Assembly (NCBI GenBank): GCA_964400355.1
Contig: CAYNTO010000003.1
Span: 84,706 to 148,705, forward strand
Direction: 5' to 3'
Source: an uncultured Pseudobdellovibrionaceae bacterium
Lineage (GTDB): Bacteria > Bdellovibrionota > Bdellovibrionia > Bdellovibrionales > JAGQZY01
Length of the DNA stretch: 64,000 bases
Made by a program: the position numbers and the translations under genes. The notes beneath the pieces were generated by a model. It had not been told where the DNA came from. It saw only the letters and a program-made list of their open reading frames with translations, and did no database searches. Numbering within the stretch: position 1 is the stretch's first letter; every line of letters starts with the position of its first letter. This document shows positions 17,160 through 25,592 of this stretch, piece after piece.

Positions 17160-19190
17160 ATGTCGTCTCCCTTAAAATCCCAGCGCGGTCAGATTGCCGT
17201 TTTTCTCGTCTTGTTGTTCCAAGTGCTGTTCGTATTTTTTGCCATGTCCATGAATATGGGCTTAGTTGTTTACGACAAAATCAATTTACAGAATTCTGCC
17301 GACCTATCTGTTTACTATGCCGCTCAAAAGCAGTCCGAGTTGCTCAACCAAATCGCGCATATCAATTATCAGATGCGCCAGGCCTACAAGCTTTTAACAT
17401 TTCGCATTCGAGTCATCGGTAGCGTGTCTATCGGAATTGGGCCAGAGGCGCGCCTTGCACCACATCCCATTCGGGTTGGACCAACTATCGGTTCTGAGAA
17501 CACCTCGTTTTTTGAACGCTTGGGATCGGGTCGTTATGCACCGGGTGTTTGTATCGGGAGCTCCTTGTGGCATGAGTACAAAATTACCGAACAAGATGCG
17601 ACAGTTTCATTGTGTCAAAACCTCACATCGTTTTCAGCAGTTCCTCCCTCAGGTGGTAGCGATCCCTTTGGATTTACATCGGGTCTGAATGCGTTTCTGG
17701 ATCGCGTGCGCGGAGAGATCGAAGAAAAATGCAAAGTGGTGGGCGTGCTCAACTGGCAGCTCGCCGCGAGCTGGTATTACGCCTATATTTGGGAAGTGAT
17801 GGAGCGCAAAAAACTCATCGATGCGATTGCGAGCAACATGAGCTTGCCAGCCGCAAGCATGAAAGACTTCACCGGCCAGTCGGTGGAGGTGGGCGCACGC
17901 AATACTTTTATGAAAAACCTTACGCAGCCCCAGCGCGATTCCGTTGGCGAGTTCAAGCTGATCAATTCCCTTTCTCCGGATGTCAGTGGTGCATGTTCCA
18001 CCAAAGAAGGATGGTTAGCGAACATTGATATATACCCTGTGGTTACTTACGTCAGTATGATTTGGAGTGGTCTTACCTGCTCCACGCGCGTAGTGCCTAA
18101 TCGTGGCAACGTTCCACCGAATGATTATCTGTCGATGGTGGGTGGGCGCAACAATGGAACCCTGGCGCAAATCTGGAACTCCGGGTCTCCAGTCACTTAC
18201 GGAGTAGAGAAAAATCCGTGGTGTATGCCGTACATGGGGTTAAAAGTCAGCACTCAACCACGAAAGATTTTTTCGCCATTTGCCACTCCGCCCATCTTAA
18301 AAGCGCACGCGTATGCAAAACCTTTCGGTGGTCGTATCGGTCCGTGGTATAGCTCCCAGTGGACATCCGGGAGCAGAAGCTCCACGGGAATTTCGCGCCC
18401 CGATAATTTATTGCCAGCGCGTTCGATCAACGGAGCGCGTGCCTCGGGAGCTATGGCCGATGATTTGGTGAACTATTCTAAATATCCAGGCGACAAAAAT
18501 GGTTTGAACTCTACATATGCACTGGGCGTGATGAGCAATCATTTCGCTGGGATCGTCGGCACGCCAATGGGGTCGAGTATGCAAACTGCTTTTGCGCTGG
18601 CGTTTTACAATCACGTGGGTGATTCCGCCCAATTTGATAGTGGCGGCGATTCCTTGGCACGACAGAATGGATTGTCCGGTCCTTCCGGCATGAAGGTGCG
18701 GCAAATGGAAGAGGCTGCGGTTGCGCCCGATGTGTTTGACGCAACTTATTACTCCATCGAGTCGCAGTTTTCGTACAACTACAATCATCCAAGCAATGAC
18801 AAATTTCAGTCGGGAATCACAGCTAAACCCATTCCCGATATTGGGTCAGCCAACTTTGCAGCGTATTCAACGTATGAACAGATTCAAAAAATGATGCCCG
18901 TATTCCAAAACAAGCCTCCGTTTTATGTGGTCAAACATCCCGATCTTCTACTGACAGGGTGGACTCAAAATTCGGCAACAAACTATGACTTTCCCACTGC
19001 CGATTTTGGTGTATGCGACGAGCGTCGCGACGGTGAGATTGCTAACTCTCCCAGTCCCAGTGGTTGTCCTCATGGTGGCCGTACCGGTTACTCTGTAAAA
19101 CTTGTGTCGCAAAACTATTTGCGCAAGGTGGATGCGGATTTGGGTGGGCCTGGAGTTTCGGGTGCCATTCTCAATCCGCCCGAAGAGTGA
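17160..19190 (+). CDS. large TadE/TadG-like (Flp pilus-assembly N-terminal domain) protein
   Basis: About 677 aa. N-terminus SQRGQIAVFLVLLFQVLFVFFAMSMNMGLVVYDKINLQNSADLSVYYAA matches the TadE/G-like membrane-anchor pattern (GQxAV..hydrophobic..LQxAADaaalAAA). The rest is unrecognised. Start is ATG 17160 or GTG 17145. Confidence 0.55.
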   Translation: MSSPLKSQRGQIAVFLVLLFQVLFVFFAMSMNMGLVVYDKINLQNSADLSVYYAAQKQSELLNQIAHINYQMRQAYKLLTFRIRVIGSVSIGIGPEARLAPHPIRVGPTIGSENTSFFERLGSGRYAPGVCIGSSLWHEYKITEQDATVSLCQNLTSFSAVPPSGGSDPFGFTSGLNAFLDRVRGEIEEKCKVVGVLNWQLAASWYYAYIWEVMERKKLIDAIASNMSLPAASMKDFTGQSVEVGARNTFMKNLTQPQRDSVGEFKLINSLSPDVSGACSTKEGWLANIDIYPVVTYVSMIWSGLTCSTRVVPNRGNVPPNDYLSMVGGRNNGTLAQIWNSGSPVTYGVEKNPWCMPYMGLKVSTQPRKIFSPFATPPILKAHAYAKPFGGRIGPWYSSQWTSGSRSSTGISRPDNLLPARSINGARASGAMADDLVNYSKYPGDKNGLNSTYALGVMSNHFAGIVGTPMGSSMQTAFALAFYNHVGDSAQFDSGGDSLARQNGLSGPSGMKVRQMEEAAVAPDVFDATYYSIESQFSYNYNHPSNDKFQSGITAKPIPDIGSANFAAYSTYEQIQKMMPVFQNKPPFYVVKHPDLLLTGWTQNSATNYDFPTADFGVCDERRDGEIANSPSPSGCPHGGRTGYSVKLVSQNYLRKVDADLGGPGVSGAILNPPEE

Positions 19191-19228
19191 TTCATTTTAA
19201 ATCGTTTTGAAATATGAAAAGAAATATG

Positions 19229-19251
19229 TGTCTCAAGTTGAGACAGTTTTT
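19229..19251 (+). terminator. intrinsic terminator after the TadG-like gene
   Basis: TGTCTC-aagtt-GAGACA hairpin followed by GTTTTT. Confidence 0.5.
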
Positions 19252-19333
19252 AGCGGAAATTCTGCGAAACTGGTAAATTTGTTTAAGAAACTTAGACTTC
19301 GGTCCGATACTAATAAAGGTACCCGGGGGAATT

Positions 19334-20326
19334 ATGAAAACTATTCTTAAGAGTGTGATCACCATATCATTAGTGCTTACTAGCCCGTATGGCTATGCCG
19401 ACGAACTTAAAAGTTCGACATGTGAAACTGCGATCAACTGTACGGTAAACCAGGGCGATACCACGCAAACCACTACGACTACCGAAACCGGTGATGATGG
19501 ATCGGAAATTCGCCGTCGTTCCTCGGGCAATACCTCCACCACAACTACGACCACGACAAATTATGGTAGCGCCGGGAGCGCAGGTAGTGGAGCGTACACT
19601 CAAGCCAAAGACGCTAAAAACCAGGCCAACATGACAATGATCGCAGCATTTGCGATGGCTGCGATTATGGCAGCTATGTGTAATCCCCCGACAAATGTGA
19701 CTCCTTGTATTCTGGCGCCAATTGCCGCGATCGCGGGTATCATGGCAGGGCAAAAAAAGAACGAAGCTCAAAAAGTTATGGACAGTTTAGGGAATCCTGA
19801 AACGACGACCGACTCAACAACCACAACAACAGATGGTACGGGCACATCCGATAACGCTGACACATCCGTTGCCGCGATCAAAGCAGATTTGGCGAAAAAA
19901 GGTTATAAGATGAATGACGACGGAACGACAACGTTGCCGAACGGGTCGACTGTCGCCTCAGATCTGAACGCTGCGAGTTTGCAAGCGGCGGGCATGTCGG
20001 GTTCGCAAATTAGCGATATTCAAAGCGGGCTCGCAAAAATGAAAAAAGACATTGCTGACAAGGCCGCCGAAGGTGCGGCGACAACTGCAGATGCCGGTGC
20101 CGGAGGTGATCAGTATGGCGGTAGTGGCGGCGGATCTGGAGATAGCAATGATTTGAGCGTGGCCGGTTCTGGTGTTGAAGGCGAGCGCACGGGCAATCGC
20201 GATCCCGCAGCGTGGACTGGTTTTGGGAAACAGCATGGCGATTCACTTATTGGCGTAGCTCAAGCGGATATATTTTTAATGGTTGAAAAGCGCGTTGAAT
20301 CCGAACGTAAACCCATGGGGCAGTAA
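19334..20326 (+). CDS. secreted Thr/Gly/Ala-rich low-complexity protein with internal hydrophobic hairpin
   Basis: 330 aa. Signal peptide ending GYA|DE; poly-Thr tracts; hydrophobic segment MTMIAAFAMAAIMAAMCNPPTNVTPCILAPIAAIAGIMAG; C-terminal DIFLMVEKRVESER motif. Confidence 0.55.
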   Translation: MKTILKSVITISLVLTSPYGYADELKSSTCETAINCTVNQGDTTQTTTTTETGDDGSEIRRRSSGNTSTTTTTTTNYGSAGSAGSGAYTQAKDAKNQANMTMIAAFAMAAIMAAMCNPPTNVTPCILAPIAAIAGIMAGQKKNEAQKVMDSLGNPETTTDSTTTTTDGTGTSDNADTSVAAIKADLAKKGYKMNDDGTTTLPNGSTVASDLNAASLQAAGMSGSQISDIQSGLAKMKKDIADKAAEGAATTADAGAGGDQYGGSGGGSGDSNDLSVAGSGVEGERTGNRDPAAWTGFGKQHGDSLIGVAQADIFLMVEKRVESERKPMGQ

Positions 20327-20327
20327 T

Positions 20328-21410
20328 ATGAAGAAGATGATGTTTTTATCTTTTATTTCCATAGTGTTCGGTGCACAGTTGGCGCAAGCTTCTGGCCAGT
20401 GCAGCAAAGAAGAACAAGCGGCGCAGCAGCAGTGTTCCGACGAAAAATTCACAAGCTACAAAGCGCAACTTGCTGCCTTGAATTCCAGTATGGCCGGTAA
20501 AGGCGCCGCAACTCAGGCGGCTGATGGTGCAGCCGGTGTATCGGAGCAAAAGGCCAATCTGGATAGCTTGATTGCACTCTGTGAGGAAAAACGTCAGGGT
20601 TGTATTAAGACTTGCCAATCCGACGCTCAACAAAAACGGGCACGAACTCCAGTTCCTGATGAGCAAGGTGCCACTCAAGATGATCAAAAGCGCAAAAAAT
20701 GCGAAACGGAAGTAAAAGAGAAAAAAGATAATGCACAGAAGACCAGCGATGGGATGGGCGAAGCTATTAAGGGCTTATTGGGCCTCCTGCAAGCTCTCGG
20801 CGCCAGCAAAGACGATGTGGCTGTTGAACCAACAAAGCCGTTTTGTACGGAATATCCAAACGACCCCGCATGTAAAACGGATACAGCAAATGACACAAAC
20901 TCAACGTTAACCGCGGGTGAATTCCGTAAAGGCGACGAGGGCACTTTTGCCGAGGGTGAAGTGGGTAGCGAAAACGCACCAGCTGGCGGTCCCGCCGCAC
21001 AAACCTCGATGTCGTCGCCAATGGGCGGCATGGGTATGGCTGGTATGGGTGGTGGTGGCGGCGCTCCCGCAGGCGGAAAGGCCGAAAAAGAATCAGGCAA
21101 GAAATCAGAATTCGATGGCTCGCCTAAAATCAATCTGGCCGGTGGAGCTATGGGTGCTGGTGGTGGTGGCGGTAATAAAGGCGGCGGAAGTTCACTGGGT
21201 AAAGGCTCAGGTAATCCCATCGCAAGTCGCACAGGCTTAAACGACGAGAACGCGGCGAACAAACTAGCGGCTGTTGCGGAAGAGCGTCTGCGTGGTCCGG
21301 CATCAAACAATGAACCACTGGGCGGCATCTCTTCGGTGTACTACTTGGACAACTTCACCAAAGTAGAAAAGCGCATCATCAACGAGCGCAACACACTTAA
21401 AGAACACTAA
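20328..21410 (+). CDS. secreted Gly-rich low-complexity protein
   Basis: 360 aa from the ATG at 20328, 1 nt after the upstream stop codon (20324-20326). Signal MKKMMFLSFISIVFGAQLAQA; GGMGMAGMGGGGGAPAGG tracts; C-terminal NFTKVEKRIINER motif paralogous to the upstream gene. Confidence 0.55.
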   Translation: MKKMMFLSFISIVFGAQLAQASGQCSKEEQAAQQQCSDEKFTSYKAQLAALNSSMAGKGAATQAADGAAGVSEQKANLDSLIALCEEKRQGCIKTCQSDAQQKRARTPVPDEQGATQDDQKRKKCETEVKEKKDNAQKTSDGMGEAIKGLLGLLQALGASKDDVAVEPTKPFCTEYPNDPACKTDTANDTNSTLTAGEFRKGDEGTFAEGEVGSENAPAGGPAAQTSMSSPMGGMGMAGMGGGGGAPAGGKAEKESGKKSEFDGSPKINLAGGAMGAGGGGGNKGGGSSLGKGSGNPIASRTGLNDENAANKLAAVAEERLRGPASNNEPLGGISSVYYLDNFTKVEKRIINERNTLKEH

Positions 21411-21436
21411 TTGCTGGGACACAGTTTTAATAGATG

Positions 21437-21462
21437 AAAGCAGGGACTACCCTGCTTTTTTT
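21437..21462 (+). terminator. intrinsic terminator (overlaps the convergent anmK stop)
   Basis: AAAGCAGGG-acta-CCCTGCTTT followed by a T-run. Confidence 0.65.
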
Positions 21463-22552
21463 ATTCGCCGCAGATTTGACCGAGGAGCGCTGGAGTTTTA
21501 TTGCCCGTAATGTTGTCGAGCCGAATCTTTTGCTCCTGGACGCGTAGATAGGCGAGCAAGGCAAAAGTGGCGCCTTCTATGGCCGATTCGGGCCAACCCA
21601 GATCCGCGCTGGTGCCGATTTTAATTTTCGGCATGACCATTCGTAAGCGTTTCATTAGAAACGTGTTTTGCGTGCCGCCTCCAGCGCAGTAAACGTTTTT
21701 CATGGCCCGCGGAAGGTGTTTTTCGTAAGCGTCACGAATGGACAGTGCTGTAAAATCGGTAAGTGTGGCTAACTGATCTTCCAATGAAAGCCTGAGAAAT
21801 TCTTTGGGAACATTCTTCTTAATAAATTCTAAATTGTAGAGTTCGCGCCCGGTGCTTTTCGGAGGCGCCATCTTTAAAAAGGTCGTATTGAGTAGTTTTT
21901 TGAGTGTCGCGAGATGAGGTAGTCCTTTTGCAGCTGTAGCGCCATCTTTATCAAAAACCTTTTTACCGTTTGTTTTGTGAGTGATCCAAACGTCGAGTAG
22001 CGTGTTGGCGGGGCCCGTATCAAAGGCTCTGATGTCGTCGCCCGATACATAAGTGATATTGCCAATTCCGCCCAAATTTTGAAAACCTGTGGGTGAGGCG
22101 GGAGATCCAAGGAGCGCCTTGTGAAAAATGGGCGCGAGAGGAGCGCCATGGCCGCTCAATGCCACGTCACCGGCGCGAAAATTAAAAATCACCGGCGTTT
22201 GCGCCTCGAGGCTTAAAAATGTGGGCTCGCCAATTTGCCAAGTGGCGATGCGACCTTCATGAAATATTGTTTGTCCATGAAGACCAATCAACTGAGTTTT
22301 CTTCTTCCAGATCTTAAAAGTGCGAAAGTGGGAGGCGTACATGCGTCCCACTTCGTAGTTCAATAGCGATAAATCGTAAGTCGTGAGTTTATTATTTATA
22401 GCCGCTTCGATTTTTGCTTTTAATGGTTTAGGTATTGTGCGATGTTCTTGATGTAAAAATTGAATCTCGAGGCCTTCATTGAGTTCAAGATTGATCCACA
22501 CATAATCCACACCGTCGGCACTTGTGCCACTCATAACACCTAAGATGATCAT
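21461..22552 (-). CDS. anmK: anhydro-N-acetylmuramic acid kinase
   Basis: N-terminus MIILGVMSGTSADGVD is the AnmK signature. Start ATG 22552 overlaps the upstream stop (ATGA); the track's longer 22603 start is rejected. Confidence 0.88.
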   Translation of the reverse strand: MIILGVMSGTSADGVDYVWINLELNEGLEIQFLHQEHRTIPKPLKAKIEAAINNKLTTYDLSLLNYEVGRMYASHFRTFKIWKKKTQLIGLHGQTIFHEGRIATWQIGEPTFLSLEAQTPVIFNFRAGDVALSGHGAPLAPIFHKALLGSPASPTGFQNLGGIGNITYVSGDDIRAFDTGPANTLLDVWITHKTNGKKVFDKDGATAAKGLPHLATLKKLLNTTFLKMAPPKSTGRELYNLEFIKKNVPKEFLRLSLEDQLATLTDFTALSIRDAYEKHLPRAMKNVYCAGGGTQNTFLMKRLRMVMPKIKIGTSADLGWPESAIEGATFALLAYLRVQEQKIRLDNITGNKTPALLGQICGE

Positions 22553-23544
22553 TTCATATCCTTCAAAAACATAGCATTGGTGGTGGACGCCGTAACATGA
22601 CATCCAGAATTGACGACGACATCTTTGAGCTGAACATTGGCGTCGATGTTTGTATTGTCGTCGATGAACGCTGAGCCAGATATGGCGTTTAACGGAATAG
22701 CGCTCGACGAGTGTAGAAAAACAATATCATCGCCCTTTTTGTGTATCGAGAAAACCAGACTTTTGCGTGCCCAAGTATAAATATGCTGAAAGAAGGAATT
22801 GTCTTTCTTGTCCGAAATAAGATGCATAGCTTCCTTAGTGGCTTTGAAAAACGCATCAAAGTTCCCTGTTTCCCACCAAAAACCTTCTTCAGTGGTAGTG
22901 GCGACCACCTCGCCTTTTTTGATCGCGGGTCCGAGCACATCGCTGAACAAACTTGTCACCCCACTGGGGATATATTGAAACACTCGGTTCTGAAAAACTT
23001 TAACTCCCAGATAGTGAACCGGACGGCAGTTGGGATCGCTGGGTTTTGCGCCGATGCTCACTACGTGCCCCTGACCATTGATCCATAAAGGATTAAACTG
23101 TCGAACGAGTTCTGGGTCTTCCGAGACAACTAAGGTGCATAAAGCATTTTGCGACTGATGATACGTATACAGATCACGAAAAAGGTTCTCGTTCTTTGGA
23201 ATAAAAACCGTATCGCCATTGATCACAAAAAAATCAGTGGCACCATCGAGTAAATCTTTGGCGTGATAAAGTGCTCCACCACTTCCCTTGGGTTCGGAAT
23301 CTTCGTGAGAGTACTGAATGTGAAATTCGGAATGGTTGTGGAGGTCCACGGCGGCGTGAATTTTGTCGGCCATCGGATGAGTGTTGAGTATCATCTCCGA
23401 TACTCCGGCATTGTGTGCAAGATACATGGGGTAACCCAAAAGTGGAATTCCCATGAATGGTACCGCGGGCTTGGGAACATACTGGGTATATGGACGAAGA
23501 CGAGTACCTAGGCCTGCTGCGAGAATAAAAGTTTTTAAGGCCAT
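22549..23544 (-). CDS. sugar-1-phosphate nucleotidyltransferase, MurU-like, with C-terminal extension
   Basis: 331 aa. ILAAGLGTRLRPYTQYVPKPAVPF signature. Sandwiched between and overlapping the AmgK-like and AnmK genes. The C-terminal approx. 100 aa look hexapeptide/beta-helix-like. Confidence 0.7.
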   Translation of the reverse strand: MALKTFILAAGLGTRLRPYTQYVPKPAVPFMGIPLLGYPMYLAHNAGVSEMILNTHPMADKIHAAVDLHNHSEFHIQYSHEDSEPKGSGGALYHAKDLLDGATDFFVINGDTVFIPKNENLFRDLYTYHQSQNALCTLVVSEDPELVRQFNPLWINGQGHVVSIGAKPSDPNCRPVHYLGVKVFQNRVFQYIPSGVTSLFSDVLGPAIKKGEVVATTTEEGFWWETGNFDAFFKATKEAMHLISDKKDNSFFQHIYTWARKSLVFSIHKKGDDIVFLHSSSAIPLNAISGSAFIDDNTNIDANVQLKDVVVNSGCHVTASTTNAMFLKDMK

Positions 23545-24569
23545 GCTTCTAAATCGGGAAGCTGCACGTTCTCGATCATCCTTTTGATAAGAGGGAACTC
23601 TTTTGTATTCCCTAATGCGGTACGCACCTTGCTCAACGTGTGAGGAAGATATTTGAGATAACGAGTGTCACCGCGCTGAGCTTGTATTGCGGCAAAGGTT
23701 CCACATGCCTTAAAACAGCGCTGTAGCATCTGTAAGTTAAAATAATGAAGAAACATTTTTTTGTCGTCGTAGAGTTTGAGTGCTTCCGGAAAAACATTCA
23801 AATAGTAGTCGAGAAGAGCCGCTTGAGATACTTCTGAGAGTTGCACGTAGGAGTCGTGGAGTAGGCTCACCAAATCGTATTGTGGAGGTCCCATGCGCGC
23901 ATCCTGAAAGTCTATAAGATAAATCTTATTGTTTTTAATCATCAGATTTCTCGAATGAAAATCGCGGTGAGTGAGCACGCTCGGAATTTGCGCCAGTGTG
24001 CTGGCAAGAAGCTCAAACTCTTTCTGCAAAGCCTCTTCGTTCTCGGGCTGAAATTTTAAAAATGTCTTAAACAGATAAGTGAGCGTGTAGTTGAGTTCCC
24101 ATTTAAATTTTTCAGTATCGAAGCGCACGGAATACGCAGTGCACTTGTTGAGATTGGTTGTATCCAAAGATAGGCGGTGCAGGAGAGCTAGCTGATCTAA
24201 AGTCACCTTATAAAACGGCAATACGTTTTCCTGATGCAGATTTTCCCAGAATTTGCGCTCCAGCGTGAGGTCGCCAAGATCTTCTTGGATGTATAGACCA
24301 GAAGCGTAGTCGGCCGCAAAGATTTTTGGAACATTGATTTGATTCTCGAAGAGATGTTTTTGAATCGAAATAAAAGGATACTTTTCTGGATCTGCCACCG
24401 GCTCCCACTTGGCGAGTACCCAGGAGTCTTCGCCACTGGCTACCCGATAGTATTTTCTAGAGGATGCGTCCCCCGCTAATGGAAAAATCGTGAAGTCTTT
24501 GAGCGAAAGACTGTTTCGGACAAAGTCATGGAGCTGAGAATCTTCTTCGATAATAAATTGCGCCATCAT
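23535..24569 (-). CDS. aminoglycoside-phosphotransferase-fold sugar kinase, AmgK-like (MurNAc/GlcNAc anomeric kinase)
   Basis: 344 aa. HRDFHSRNLMIKNNKIYLIDFQDARMGPPQYDLVSLLHDSY is the APH/AmgK catalytic loop. Overlaps the MurU-like gene by 10 nt. Confidence 0.72.
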   Translation of the reverse strand: MMAQFIIEEDSQLHDFVRNSLSLKDFTIFPLAGDASSRKYYRVASGEDSWVLAKWEPVADPEKYPFISIQKHLFENQINVPKIFAADYASGLYIQEDLGDLTLERKFWENLHQENVLPFYKVTLDQLALLHRLSLDTTNLNKCTAYSVRFDTEKFKWELNYTLTYLFKTFLKFQPENEEALQKEFELLASTLAQIPSVLTHRDFHSRNLMIKNNKIYLIDFQDARMGPPQYDLVSLLHDSYVQLSEVSQAALLDYYLNVFPEALKLYDDKKMFLHYFNLQMLQRCFKACGTFAAIQAQRGDTRYLKYLPHTLSKVRTALGNTKEFPLIKRMIENVQLPDLEAWP

Positions 24570-24629
24570 TCAATTAATGGTCCATGAAGACGCCATGAAA
24601 TGCAACTTTAAAACACCCCTCAGCGGGTA

Positions 24630-25592
24630 TTAGTGGATTGTGGGGAAGAGATCATTCAGCGATGGAATCAGATGGTAACTCTTAGTGCGAATCTGAATCG
24701 AAGGCTGGCTGGTGTTGTTCGAACCCAATATGGCTTGGGCACACTGGCGAATAGAGGCCAGATTCGCTTTTGCCCCGGCATCGTCTGCGTTGTCACGGAG
24801 GACATTAAAAACGTTCAAATGCTTGAGCAAATCCAAGGATGCATTCCCTGCGGCGCTCATTTGCGTAATGGTGTTTACTGATCCGCAAACGACGACCACA
24901 TGGTTTTCCTTCGGGTTGCCGATCATTAAGTAGGTGGCGAGGTTTTTTTGTTGCTCGCTAGTGAGAGACTCAATGCTGGGTATGTAGACAGTGGTGCGTG
25001 AAAGATTGAGCAGGTCGGTCATGGAGCACATAAAATTTGCCGCCATGTAGTCGGAGCGAATAAAGAAGTGGTTATTAACTGTTTGATGGAGTTCAAGGGC
25101 CAGTTGGTCCAATGTCGACTGATTCTTGCAGATCAATAAGAACTCTGAGCTGGAAATGGCTGGGATATCTTTTGCCACAATGTCGGCGGTGAGTGGGCTC
25201 GTTTTGGCTGGCAAATCCGCCTCATTGACCTTCGCGGATCGCAGACGAATCACTTTCTTAGGATTGAGTTCGACTTGCAAATAATTGAGTAAACTATCGG
25301 CCACATTGAGCTCTTCCAACAGGTTTATATGAGATTGCAGTGTGATATGTACAAGGTCACACAGGCGGTTGTGTTGATCGGTGTTGTCACTATCCACATC
25401 ATAGACTTTAAACAGGGCGATAGGGTGCTTGGTGCGCGGTTCGTACAGAGGAATAGTCAGACTATTATCGACAGAGGAGAAAACCTCTCGTTGGAGGGTC
25501 TGATAGGAGTGGCACGGCTTTAGCTCAATTTCGCTACTCAAGCCGTAGTAAGTTTTAATCATTTGCTGTAATTCACTGACAAGTAGTTGCAT
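24630..25592 (-). CDS. hypothetical protein with degenerate sigma-54-activator-like AAA+ core
   Basis: 320 aa from ATG 25592 (AGGA 8 nt upstream). By eye it aligns to the NtrC central domain: EFLLICKNQSTLDQLALELH vs VLINGESGTGKELVAHALH; TTVYIPSIESLTSEQQKNLATYL vs [23 protein letters not shown]. Walker A, Walker B and GAFTGA are all lost. Confidence 0.4.
   Translation of the reverse strand: MQLLVSELQQMIKTYYGLSSEIELKPCHSYQTLQREVFSSVDNSLTIPLYEPRTKHPIALFKVYDVDSDNTDQHNRLCDLVHITLQSHINLLEELNVADSLLNYLQVELNPKKVIRLRSAKVNEADLPAKTSPLTADIVAKDIPAISSSEFLLICKNQSTLDQLALELHQTVNNHFFIRSDYMAANFMCSMTDLLNLSRTTVYIPSIESLTSEQQKNLATYLMIGNPKENHVVVVCGSVNTITQMSAAGNASLDLLKHLNVFNVLRDNADDAGAKANLASIRQCAQAILGSNNTSQPSIQIRTKSYHLIPSLNDLFPTIH

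Noticed and set aside
20684-21328. 214-aa Pro-rich minus-strand ORF
   Set aside because: It is the antisense of the Gly-rich gene (GGN codons read as NCC Pro). The plus-strand gene has a signal peptide and tight coupling to its neighbour.
21461-22603. Longer N-terminal extensions offered by the ORF track. Examples: anmK 22603, rpsB 2704, ndk 31709, tolQ 56185, icd 35005, lipoprotein 38908
   Set aside because: In each case an internal ATG gives the conserved family N-terminus or signal peptide. Most of these ATGs also have a good SD, and for anmK the ATG overlaps the upstream stop codon (ATGA). The extensions overlap upstream genes or terminators.
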